From NCBI GenBank assembly GCA_046290465.1, contig JBKAGP010000001.1, positions 3,072,001 through 3,136,000 of the forward strand: a DNA stretch of 64,000 nucleotides, read 5' to 3'. A program made the translations under genes and the position numbers. The DNA is from Planctomycetota bacterium (GTDB lineage Bacteria > Planctomycetota > UBA1135 > UBA2386). The notes beneath the pieces are model-generated. The model had not been told where the DNA came from, did not search any database, and worked only from the letters and a program-made list of their open reading frames with translations. This document shows, in pieces, positions 55,273-63,863 of this stretch. Within the stretch, counting starts at the first letter, position 1, and every line of letters begins with the position of its first letter.

Positions 55273-55980
55273 ATGGAACAACGACACATGGAGACCGAGA
55301 TCACGAAGGTCCGGCGAATGCTGAAGCTGTCGCTGATTGGAATCGTCCTAGCTTGGGCAACCTGCCTTCCGCTGACCAACTATCTCGCCACCGAACCGGG
55401 GCAGGTTGGCGACACTTTCGGTTCTGTCAACTCTCTCTTCACGGGTCTGGCATTAGCCGGCGTCGTAGCCGCCATCGGCTTCCAGTCAGTCGAGCTACGC
55501 GCTCTCCGAAGGTCCCAGAAGGATGCCGAGCAAGCTCAAGCAGACGCTCACAGGCTCCTCACCTCCATGGCCGAAGCCATGGTTCACGCGAAAGAAGCAG
55601 ACGTCCTGATGCACTGCAATCATCGCTACGCCGACGTTTGGGCATCTCAATTCCAGCCGAACTCGGCACAGGGCTACTGGGACCGCTTCCTGAACTTGCA
55701 GTTCGATCAGTTCACGCACTATCGAGCCGGGCTGATTCCCGACATCGTCTGGCACTATTGGATCAAGTGCCGCTACCAGGACTACCGCAACGAGAACTTC
55801 AAGGTCAACGACATGACGTATCGCCAAGCCTGGGAACAAGCGGAGCAAAGGTGGACCGACTCCGACTTCCTACGCTACTTCCGCATCGTTCACGAGAACG
55901 AAGACCCTGAAGCGGTCGACCGCCAAGCTAGCCAGCTGATCGGGCCGCGACTTGCCCGGTTGGCGATGCGCACGTTCTAG
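55273..55980 (+). CDS. Two-TM membrane protein with atypical (lower GC) codon usage
   Basis: GQVGDTFGSVNSLFTGLALAGV...Q..EL followed by a coiled coil and an aromatic-rich domain; many A/T-ending codons. Confidence 0.7.
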   Translation: MEQRHMETEITKVRRMLKLSLIGIVLAWATCLPLTNYLATEPGQVGDTFGSVNSLFTGLALAGVVAAIGFQSVELRALRRSQKDAEQAQADAHRLLTSMAEAMVHAKEADVLMHCNHRYADVWASQFQPNSAQGYWDRFLNLQFDQFTHYRAGLIPDIVWHYWIKCRYQDYRNENFKVNDMTYRQAWEQAEQRWTDSDFLRYFRIVHENEDPEAVDRQASQLIGPRLARLAMRTF

Positions 55981-56020
55981 GCAACTCGCAATCGCCGCCA
56001 CCGCCCGCGAAACTGGCCGC

Positions 56021-56311
56021 ATGCGCTTCCCGAACGACACGGCCTTCCACATGAAGATGGCCGCGCTGGTGATCGTCTCGCTGTTCGTCGAACACAACGC
56101 GAAGTCGTGGCTGCCCAACTGGTCGTCGCCGCAGATCGGCGTGATCACGTTCGTGCTCGGGCTCGCCTGGGTGACGCTGTTCGCGGCGCACCACGCGCAG
56201 GCGATGCAGGAGCGCATCCGCGTGCTCGAGGACAAGCTCGAGCGCACCAACCAGCTGGCCGAGATGCTCGCCGACGAGACCCGCGGTCGCCGTTCGCTGC
56301 CGCCGATGTGA
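56021..56311 (+). CDS. Small two-TM protein with C-terminal coiled coil
   Basis: Two hydrophobic helices, then MQERIRVLEDKLER. Confidence 0.55.
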   Translation: MRFPNDTAFHMKMAALVIVSLFVEHNAKSWLPNWSSPQIGVITFVLGLAWVTLFAAHHAQAMQERIRVLEDKLERTNQLAEMLADETRGRRSLPPM

Positions 56312-56396
56312 TCGGTCCGTTCGGTAGGATTTCGTCCCGGAACCAGACTTACGGACCGCAACCAGTCCTTTCGACCGAACCAGATGTTCCGACCGG

Positions 56397-57257
56397 TCAG
56401 GCAGTCGGGAGGAGCGTGGTCAGGAAGTCGGCGAAGCGCTGGGGGGCGCCGTCGCCATGGAGCACGAACAGTTCGGGTTCGATCAGTTCGACCTCCATCA
56501 GGATGGCGCCGCGCTCGGTCGGCACCAGGTCGATGCGCGCGTAGTCGGCGGGCTCGGGCAGCAGCCGCAGCACGTCGCGCGCCACCTGCAGGTGATCGGC
56601 GGTCGGTTCGAACGGGGCGGTCGTACCGCCGTGCTCGGCGTGGATCAGGATCGAGCCCTGCCTGGCGCGCTTGATGGCGGCGTGGGAGAACGTGTCGCCG
56701 ACGAACGTCAGCGATGCCTCGCCGACCGTGCGGATCTCCGGCACCAGCGGCTGCACCAGGCCGTCGCAGCCGAGCCTGCCCGCCGCGGCGGCGAGGCCGG
56801 CGGGATCGTCGCGGCGCACGATCGACAGCCCGCTGGCGCCGGCGCCGAACACCGGCTTGACGACCGCCTCGTCGAGGCCGAGCTCGGCCATCGCCGCGTC
56901 GATCTGCTCGGCAGCGGGCGACACCAGCCGCGTCGGTGCGAGCGGCGCGCCGCGCTCGGCGAGATCGAGCAGGTAGGTCTTGCGCGCGTTCCATCGCATC
57001 AGCGACGGCCGGTTGACCACGCGCGCCGCGACGCCCTCGAGTCGATCGAGCCACGCCAGGAACGCGTCGGGCGTCTGCGCGTAGTCCCAGGTCGAACGCA
57101 CCGCGACCAGGTCGCACTGTTCGAACGGCGCGAACGGCCCGTTCCACGGCGCCGCCACCACCTCGACGCCCGACGCCTCGATCGCCGCCGCGATCGGCGC
57201 GTCGTCCGGCTGCAGCGCCGGCATCTCGAGGCAGGTCGCGAACGCGATTCTGGTCAT
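56397..57257 (-). CDS. ATP-grasp ligase (RimK/glutathione synthetase-like)
   Basis: RSTWDY, WNARKTYL, VVKPVFGAGA, YARIDLV, MEVELIEP. Confidence 0.88.
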   Translation of the reverse strand: MTRIAFATCLEMPALQPDDAPIAAAIEASGVEVVAAPWNGPFAPFEQCDLVAVRSTWDYAQTPDAFLAWLDRLEGVAARVVNRPSLMRWNARKTYLLDLAERGAPLAPTRLVSPAAEQIDAAMAELGLDEAVVKPVFGAGASGLSIVRRDDPAGLAAAAGRLGCDGLVQPLVPEIRTVGEASLTFVGDTFSHAAIKRARQGSILIHAEHGGTTAPFEPTADHLQVARDVLRLLPEPADYARIDLVPTERGAILMEVELIEPELFVLHGDGAPQRFADFLTTLLPTA

Positions 57258-57266
57258 GCTCGCAGG

Positions 57267-57881
57267 CTACCGCACGCCGTGGTAGCGCAGCACGTAGGCA
57301 GGCGGCACGTTGCGCAGCACCGGCCCGATGCGCTCGAAGCCCTCGAAGTGCTCCTCCATGCGCGCGCGGAACCGCCGCGCGGCCTTCATCCGGTAGGCGT
57401 GCACGTACTGGAACGTGCGGAAGTCGCAGTCGCTGTCGCGCAACGCCCAGACCAGTCCGTCGACGACCGAGTCCTGCACCGGCGCCGGCAGGCTCGCGAA
57501 CGGCAGGCCCGAGATGATGCGCGCCGGCCGCGGCAGGTCGCGTTCGGCGAGGATCTGCTGCACGTCGCCGGCCGACCCACAGTGGAACTGCATGCCGGGG
57601 AAGCGCGCCGCCAGCAGGTCACAGAACGACGCCTCGAGCTCGATGCCGAGGTAGCGCGCGCCGAACGGCAGCCGTTCGTGGATGACCGACGTCATCGGGC
57701 CGGTGCCGGGGCCGTATTCGACGACGAGGTCGCCGTCCCCGAGCTGCGACAGGTCGCCGACCAACGCGCGCGACAGGAATCGCGAACTCGGCAGCACCGC
57801 GCCGACCGAGGTCGGGTTCTTCAGGAAGTTGCCGAAGAAGCCGAGCCCGTCGCGCACCGGGCGCTTCTTCGGTGCATCCAT
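57267..57881 (-). CDS. Second PmtA/OlsG-like lipid N-methyltransferase
   Basis: FLKNPTSVGAVLPSS, VVEYGPGTG, ISGLPF, FQY, RNVPPAYV. Confidence 0.85.
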   Translation of the reverse strand: MDAPKKRPVRDGLGFFGNFLKNPTSVGAVLPSSRFLSRALVGDLSQLGDGDLVVEYGPGTGPMTSVIHERLPFGARYLGIELEASFCDLLAARFPGMQFHCGSAGDVQQILAERDLPRPARIISGLPFASLPAPVQDSVVDGLVWALRDSDCDFRTFQYVHAYRMKAARRFRARMEEHFEGFERIGPVLRNVPPAYVLRYHGVR

Positions 57882-57935
57882 CGACGGTTCGATCTCTCGC
57901 GAAGGGTCCAAGCGCACCAGCGTGCCGCCTCCGGC

Positions 57936-58235
57936 TCAGTCCGTCAACGCGTCGCCGACGACCGCGACCTTGCCGGCGCGCACCCGCGCGCAGCAGAGCA
58001 GTCGGCAGTCGTCGCCGACGCCCATGCGATCGAGGGTGCCGCGCTCGTCCTCACCGGCCGGCTCGAGCGCGTCGTCGGCCGCGTCGACGCGGTGCGCGTC
58101 CGTGCCGCACATGCCGCGCGTGCAGCCGGTCATGATCTCGACGCCGGCCATCTCGGCGGCGGCGAGCAACGTGGTGCCGGGCTCCACGAACACGGTCTTG
58201 TCGGCTTCGGCGAAGTGCACCTCGACGAGGTTCAT
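57936..58235 (-). CDS. 2Fe-2S ferredoxin-like protein (C-x4-C-x2-D variant)
   Basis: GTTLLAAA..GVEIMTGCTRGMCGTD...CRLLCCARV. Confidence 0.8.
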   Translation of the reverse strand: MNLVEVHFAEADKTVFVEPGTTLLAAAEMAGVEIMTGCTRGMCGTDAHRVDAADDALEPAGEDERGTLDRMGVGDDCRLLCCARVRAGKVAVVGDALTD

Positions 58236-58317
58236 GCCCCAAGGGCTTACGGTCCGCGCCGCCGGGATCAAGCTCGGACTGGCGCAGCAGCGGCCGAGCC
58301 CCCAACATCGCGCCACC

Positions 58318-60147
58318 ATGCAGCTCGAGTTCCTCGACTGGGCGATCATCGCCGGCTACTTCGCCGTTGCCCTCGGCATCGGCGTGTTCTTCTACCGCCG
58401 CGCCGGCTCGAGCTTCGTCGAGTACTTCGCGTCGGGCCGCAGCCTGCCGTGGTGGATCGCCGGCACGTCGATGGTCGCAACCACGTTCGCGGCCGACACC
58501 CCGCTCGCGGTGACCGGCCTGATCGCCAAGCACGGCCTGGCCGGCAACTGGTTCTGGTGGGCGTGGGCGTTCGGCGGGATGTTGACCGTGTTCGTGTTCG
58601 CGCGGCTGTGGCGGCGCGCCGAGGTGCTGACCGACGTCGAACTGATCGAGCTGCGCTACTCCGGCCCCGCCGCGGCGTTCCTGCGCGGGTTCCGCGGCTT
58701 CTACATCGCGGTCGTGATGAACTCGATCGTGATCGGCTGGGTGACCAAGGCGATGGCGCAGGTGCTGCAGCAGACGGTGCTGTTCGACGAGGCGGCGACC
58801 GCGGACCCCGGCGACGGCACCGGCCTGATGCTGATCGCGATCATGCTCGCGATCACCGGCGTCTACTCGATCCTCTCCGGCCTGTGGGGCGTCGCGATCA
58901 CCGACATGATCCAGTTCGTGCTGGCGATGGGCGGCTGCATCGGCCTCGCCGTCGTCGCGATCTCGCACCTCGGCGGCGTCGACGAACTGCAGGTACAGCT
59001 CGCCAAGGTCTACGAAGGCGACGGCGATCCGCTCGCGTTCCTGCCCGACTTCGGCGAGGGCGGCGCCGCGATTCCGCTCGGCATCTTCCTGGTGCTGGTG
59101 TTGTCGCAGTGGTGGGCGACCTGGTATCCGGGCTCCGAGCCCGGCGGCGGCGGCTACATCGTGCAGCGCATGGCCTCGTGCAAGGACGAGGGCCACGCCG
59201 TCAAGGCGACGCTGTTCTTCCAGCTGGCGCACTACTGCCTGCGGCCGTGGCCGTGGATCCTGGTCGCGTTCGTCGCGATCGCGCTGCACCCGGAGCTGCG
59301 CGCCGAAGGCGCCGACGCCGGCGCCGGCTACCCGATGATGATCCGCGAACTGGCCCCCACCGGCCTGCGCGGCCTGCTGCTGGTGACGTTCGCGGCGGCG
59401 TTCATGTCGACGATCTCGACGCAGATGAACTGGGGCGCCAGCTACCTGGTCAACGACGTCTACAAGCGCTTCGTCGCGCCGGACGCCAGCGACCGACAGC
59501 TGATGGTCGCCTCGCGCATCGCCTCGGGCATCGTGCTGCTGCTCGGCGGCGGCGTCGCGTGGTGGATGCTGACCTACGGCATCTCGGTCGACCAGGCGTG
59601 GGCGTTCCTGGCGGCGCTCGGCGCCGGCGTCGGCGCGGTGTTCATCCTGCGCTGGTTCTGGTGGCGCATCAACGTCTGGAGCGAGATCACCGCGATGGTC
59701 GGCTCGCTGCTGCTGTTCGCGATCTTCACGTGGCTGCAGGCGACGCCCGACGGCGCGAGCGAGGCCCGCTGGCCGGCGCTGGCGGCGCTCGCCGACGAGT
59801 ATCGCGCGCTGATCGTCGCCAGCGGCACGCTGGTGCTGTGGCTGCTCGCCACGCTGCTGACCAGGCCGACCGAACCGGAGCACCTGACGGCCTTCTACCG
59901 CAAGGTCCGCCCCGACGGCCCCGGCTGGGGACCGATCGCGGCACGCGCGCCCGAGGTCCGGCCGGACGGCGCGCTCGGCCGCGGCGTGCTCTGCGCCGTG
60001 ATCGGCACCGCGATCGTCTGGCTGTCGCTGCCCGGCGTCGGCGCGCTGATCTTCGGCGACTACCTGCTGGGCGTCACGCTGCTCGCGGCGGCCTTGGCGT
60101 GTGGCTTCGTGCTGCTCAAGCTCGCGCCGCGCAACCTCGCGGCGTGA
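58318..60147 (+). CDS. Sodium:solute symporter family protein
   Basis: EYFASGRSLPWW, SMVATTFAADTPL, GGGGYIVQRM, AAFMSTIST. Confidence 0.92.
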   Translation: MQLEFLDWAIIAGYFAVALGIGVFFYRRAGSSFVEYFASGRSLPWWIAGTSMVATTFAADTPLAVTGLIAKHGLAGNWFWWAWAFGGMLTVFVFARLWRRAEVLTDVELIELRYSGPAAAFLRGFRGFYIAVVMNSIVIGWVTKAMAQVLQQTVLFDEAATADPGDGTGLMLIAIMLAITGVYSILSGLWGVAITDMIQFVLAMGGCIGLAVVAISHLGGVDELQVQLAKVYEGDGDPLAFLPDFGEGGAAIPLGIFLVLVLSQWWATWYPGSEPGGGGYIVQRMASCKDEGHAVKATLFFQLAHYCLRPWPWILVAFVAIALHPELRAEGADAGAGYPMMIRELAPTGLRGLLLVTFAAAFMSTISTQMNWGASYLVNDVYKRFVAPDASDRQLMVASRIASGIVLLLGGGVAWWMLTYGISVDQAWAFLAALGAGVGAVFILRWFWWRINVWSEITAMVGSLLLFAIFTWLQATPDGASEARWPALAALADEYRALIVASGTLVLWLLATLLTRPTEPEHLTAFYRKVRPDGPGWGPIAARAPEVRPDGALGRGVLCAVIGTAIVWLSLPGVGALIFGDYLLGVTLLAAALACGFVLLKLAPRNLAA

Positions 60148-61362
60148 TCACCTGCCCACAGCGGGCTTGCGGTAGCGCGTGATCGCAAACCCGATCGGCG
60201 CCGGGCCGGGGTCGTTGCCGCGCTGGTTGAAGCGGTGCGCGCCCTTCCGGGAGCCGAGCGCGACCAGCTCGAAGCGGACCAGATCGCGCTTGCGGTCGTC
60301 GTAGAGGCCCTCGCCGTACAGCTGCGCAGTGATCGACCGCTCGCCGTCGTCCATCGCCACCTCGCCCCCGTAGACGACCGTCGTCATGCCCTTCTGGCTG
60401 GGGCCGCGGCGCATCGTCAGCGAAGCCTTGCGCACGTGCTCGGCCTTCCACGTCGAGGCCTGGCCGCGCACGTTGTCGATCAGCATCTCACGCGCGAGCC
60501 TGGTCACGAACTTGGCGTCGACCGGTTGCGGCTTCGACGACTTCGCCGGCACCAGCGCGCGCCAGTCGTCGACGGCCTGCCAGTTCTCGTTCCACGCCCA
60601 CTTGGTGAACGCCATCCACCCGGCCTTCAGGTGCGTGTCCTTGTCGAACCGGCACTGCTCGCCCTCGCCGCGCGGCAGGTCGCGCGAGTGCACGCGCAGC
60701 ACGAACTCCTGGCCGTCGAGCCGCGCCGGCAGCGTCGTGACGACCTTGGGCACCGGCTCGTTGGCGTAGCCCTTGTCCTTGCGCAGCTTCTCCCAACGCT
60801 CGAGCGCGCGCTCGAGGCGCTCGACGATGTCGTCGGGGAAGCCGCTCGCGGCGAACCGTCCCTCGAGATACTCGCCGTCGGGCCCGATCATGTAGAGGCC
60901 CTGCTTGGTGCCCGGATGGTTCCAGTCGCCCTTCGGCATCGCCTCGCCGAAGCGCTTGAAGAACTGGTGCTCCGGCCGGTCCTGCACGCGCTTCAGGTTC
61001 CACTCGTCCTCCGGGTAGAGCATGTAGACCTCGTCGGCGACGGTGACGAAGTTGCGGCTCAGCTCGGCGATCTTCGGGTCGGACCAGACCAACTGTCGGC
61101 CCCGCACACCGTTGTTTCAGGTGCACCCGAGCGGGTGCCCGTTCATCGTCCAGAACAGGATCGGACGGCCGAGCCGACGCGCCTCCTGCACCGCCGGCCA
61201 CAGCGCGTTGCGCCAGCCGATCTCGCGGTAGCTCTCCTCGTGCGCGGCCGGCTGCACGAACGTCAGCCACTCGCGGAAGTTGTCGGCGTCGGGTCGCGGC
61301 GGGTCCTGCGGAGCCAGGAGCGCCAGGAAGGCCAGGCTGGTCGTCAGCATGGCCGCGATCAT
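60148..61362 (-). CDS. Exported thioredoxin-like putative selenoprotein (C-T-U motif, SelN-like active-site region); Sec at TGA 61117-61119
   Basis: ORFs 61117..61569 and 60148..61107 are in the same frame and separated by one TGA. The join reads IGWRNALWPAVQEARRLGRPILFWTMNGHPLGCT-U-NNGVRGRQLVWSDPKIAELSRNFVTVADE. Alternative start at 61350. Confidence 0.8.
61081..61102 (-). promoter_or_regulatory. Putative SECIS hairpin of the C-T-U gene
   Basis: GGGCC-GAC-[AGUUG]-GUC-U-GGUCC. The loop starts 23 nt after the UGA and has G at position 2. Confidence 0.55.
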
Positions 61363-61373
61363 AGCGGCCGCAG

Positions 61374-62249
61374 CTACTGCACGACCTCGAGCAACTCGAC
61401 ATCCAGCTGGTAGATGTCGACGCAGTAGCCGTCGATGTGGGTCTCCTTCACCGAGAGGCGGCCGACCAGCTTGATCGGCTCGAACTGGTAGTCGACGCGG
61501 CGGCCCTCGGCCATCCGGCAGCGCACGATGCCGTGCACGTCGGGCGGCGTGCCGTAGCAGCACGACCACAGCGAGCTGACCAGCAGGAACTCACGCATGT
61601 CCTCGACCTCGTCGAGCGGCAGCATGAAGCCGAGCATCAGCACCTGCAGGCCGTCGAGCGCGCGCACGGCGTCCGGTGCGCCGATGAGACCTTCGGTGTA
61701 CTTCCAGCCGCTCAGTTCGTCGAACGGCAGCACCCGGTCGACCCCGGCGATCTTGCCGTTGGCGATCATCTCCTGCAGCTTCTTCTCGGCCGCCAGCATC
61801 GCCTCCGCAGAACGCATCGCAGCGAGGTCGGCCGGATCGGTACCCTTGGGCAGTTCGCGGCCGTCGGGGTTGTTGCCGCCGGGATTGCTGCCGCCAGGAT
61901 CACCGCCGGCCGGCCGCAGCGGCCCGTCGACGCCGTTCGGCCCACCGACACCATCCGGCGCCTGCGCGACCTCGCGATCACCTGGCGGCGCATCGCCACC
62001 GGAGTCGGCGCGGTTCAGCCGCCACGCCAGCACCGTGACCCCGAGGCCGAGCAGCAGCACCGCGGCGACCAGCATCCGGTAGGCGCTGGCCGACGACCCG
62101 GTGGGCGTCGCCCGCTCCGGCCCGGCCGCGACGCGGGCCAGGATCCGCTCGGCGCGATCCGGAGGCGACGCGCGCTCGGCGAGTTCGTCGAAGGCGTGGT
62201 CGAAGTGTCGCTGCTCGACCGACTCTGGCTCGTGCTGCTGATCCGTCAT
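61374..62249 (-). CDS. Putative anti-sigma factor: cytoplasmic N-region, TM, extracytoplasmic DUF3299 domain
   Basis: ATGA-coupled to the ECF sigma gene; single TM; C-terminal LDG..V.MLGFMLPLD...EFLLV...SCCYGTPP DUF3299 signature. Confidence 0.75.
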   Translation of the reverse strand: MTDQQHEPESVEQRHFDHAFDELAERASPPDRAERILARVAAGPERATPTGSSASAYRMLVAAVLLLGLGVTVLAWRLNRADSGGDAPPGDREVAQAPDGVGGPNGVDGPLRPAGGDPGGSNPGGNNPDGRELPKGTDPADLAAMRSAEAMLAAEKKLQEMIANGKIAGVDRVLPFDELSGWKYTEGLIGAPDAVRALDGLQVLMLGFMLPLDEVEDMREFLLVSSLWSCCYGTPPDVHGIVRCRMAEGRRVDYQFEPIKLVGRLSVKETHIDGYCVDIYQLDVELLEVVQ

Positions 62250-62815
62250 GACGACTCCTGTTGCATCCTCCGCTGCACGCATTCGCGCAGCGCCTTGCGC
62301 GCGCGCGACAGCAGCGACTTGATCCCGTTGGCGCCGATGCCGAGGCGGCCGGCGACCTCGCTGCACGACGCGCCGTCGAGGTGGTGCCACTGCACCGCAT
62401 CGCGCATGCGACCGTCGAGCCGGTCTACGCAGCGCCGCAGCAGCTCGATCCGTTCGTCCTCGAGCGCGCTGGCGTCGTCCCGCAGGTATTCGTCGACCTC
62501 CTCGAGCCACTGCACGGTCGGCGGCTCGCGCCGGCTGCGGCGCCGCGCGCCGAGCAGCAGGTTGCGGGCGGTGCCGCGCAGGTAGGCGGCGACATCGACG
62601 ATGCGCTCGCCCGACAGCAGCCGTTCGGCCGCGATCACGAACGCATCCTGCATCAGGTCGTCGGCCTCGTGCGGGTCGGCGCCGAGCAGCCGCAGGTAGC
62701 GCCAGACCATGCGCTGGTGCGCCCGCACCAGGGCGGCGAAGTCGGCCATCACGCCGCTCGCGGCCGGGCCGGGCGCGGGGCGCTCGCTGCGTTCGATTGG
62801 CTGCACGGCGGGCAT
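62246..62815 (-). CDS. ECF RNA polymerase sigma factor
   Basis: Region 2 (HQRMVWRYL..ADDLMQDAF..YLRGTARN) and region 4 (LRRCVDRL..EVAGRLG..KSLLSRARKALRECV). Confidence 0.9.
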   Translation of the reverse strand: MPAVQPIERSERPAPGPAASGVMADFAALVRAHQRMVWRYLRLLGADPHEADDLMQDAFVIAAERLLSGERIVDVAAYLRGTARNLLLGARRRSRREPPTVQWLEEVDEYLRDDASALEDERIELLRRCVDRLDGRMRDAVQWHHLDGASCSEVAGRLGIGANGIKSLLSRARKALRECVQRRMQQESS

Positions 62816-62876
62816 CGTCTCCGCTGGTGCCCGCACCCGGGTCCGCGGGTGCAGGATTCTGCAGAAAAGCCGGGCG

Positions 62877-63863
62877 CTACAGGAACAGCCGGTGCTGCCG
62901 GAAGCGCTCCTGGATGCCTGCGTCGCCGTCGACGACGCGCGGCCGGATGCCGCCGCAGATCTGGATCAGGCGCTCGGCCAGCGCGCGAACGGCCAAGGAC
63001 GTCGGCGCTTCGGGCTCGGTGACGACCAGCGGCAGCTGGCCGAGGCGATGCTGCATGACCGAATCGTCGTCCGGCACCTCGCCGAGGTAGCGAAGCTCGA
63101 CCCCGACGTTCTGGTTGGCGACCTCGGTCAGCCGCTGGAACGCCATCTCGCCGCGGCCCGGCGTGCTGACGCGGTTGACGACGATCAGGAAGCGGGCGTC
63201 CTGCTTGATCTGGGCGATGCACTTGATGACCGCGTAGGCGTCGACCAGCGCCGCGATCTCGGGCTGCGTGACCAGCACGATCCAGTCCGCGCCGAGCATC
63301 GACAGCACCGTCGCCGGCGCGATGCCGGCGCCGAGGTCGAGCAGCAGCGCATCCTCCTGGCCGGCCAGCGCGCCGAGTTCGCGCGCGAACGCGGTCAGGT
63401 CCTTGTCGCTCGGGTTGGCCATGCGGCGCACGCCGGACGCACCGGGCAGCAGCCGCGGCCCGCACGGCGTCTGGATCAGCACCTGGTCGAGCGTGCACTG
63501 GCCGGCGAGCAGCTGCTGCAGGGTCAGCGTCGGCTTGACGCCGAGCAGCAGGTGGTCGCAGGCGAGGCCGAAGTCGCAGTCGACCAGCACGGTCTTGCGT
63601 TCGGCTCGGTGCAGCAGCACCGCCAGCGACGTCGCCAGGAACGACTTGCCGGTGCCGCCCTTGCCGCTGGCGATCGCGATCGAGGTGGCTTCCTCGCGGG
63701 GTGCGGGCGGGGCGCGCAGGCCTTCGAGCAGACGGCCGAACAGGCCCTTGCCGCGCGGGCCGAGCGCGGAGCCGAGCCCGCCCTTCTTGCGAGGCGCGCC
63801 GCGTCCCTTCTGGCCGTCGACCGCCGCACCGTCGGCGATCTGTCCGTTGCCCGCTCCGTCCAT
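62877..63863 (-). CDS. MinD/FlhG(FleN)-like P-loop ATPase
   Basis: Deviant Walker A SGKGGTGKS, VDCDFGLA, LLPGASG, LDLGAGI, VTQPEIAALVDAYAVIK. Confidence 0.88.
   Translation of the reverse strand: MDGAGNGQIADGAAVDGQKGRGAPRKKGGLGSALGPRGKGLFGRLLEGLRAPPAPREEATSIAIASGKGGTGKSFLATSLAVLLHRAERKTVLVDCDFGLACDHLLLGVKPTLTLQQLLAGQCTLDQVLIQTPCGPRLLPGASGVRRMANPSDKDLTAFARELGALAGQEDALLLDLGAGIAPATVLSMLGADWIVLVTQPEIAALVDAYAVIKCIAQIKQDARFLIVVNRVSTPGRGEMAFQRLTEVANQNVGVELRYLGEVPDDDSVMQHRLGQLPLVVTEPEAPTSLAVRALAERLIQICGGIRPRVVDGDAGIQERFRQHRLFL

Noticed and set aside
56313..56358. Inverted repeat CGGTCCGT...ACGGACCG between convergent genes
   Set aside because: Only 8 bp with a 30-nt spacer and no U-tract; too weak to call a terminator or RNA gene.
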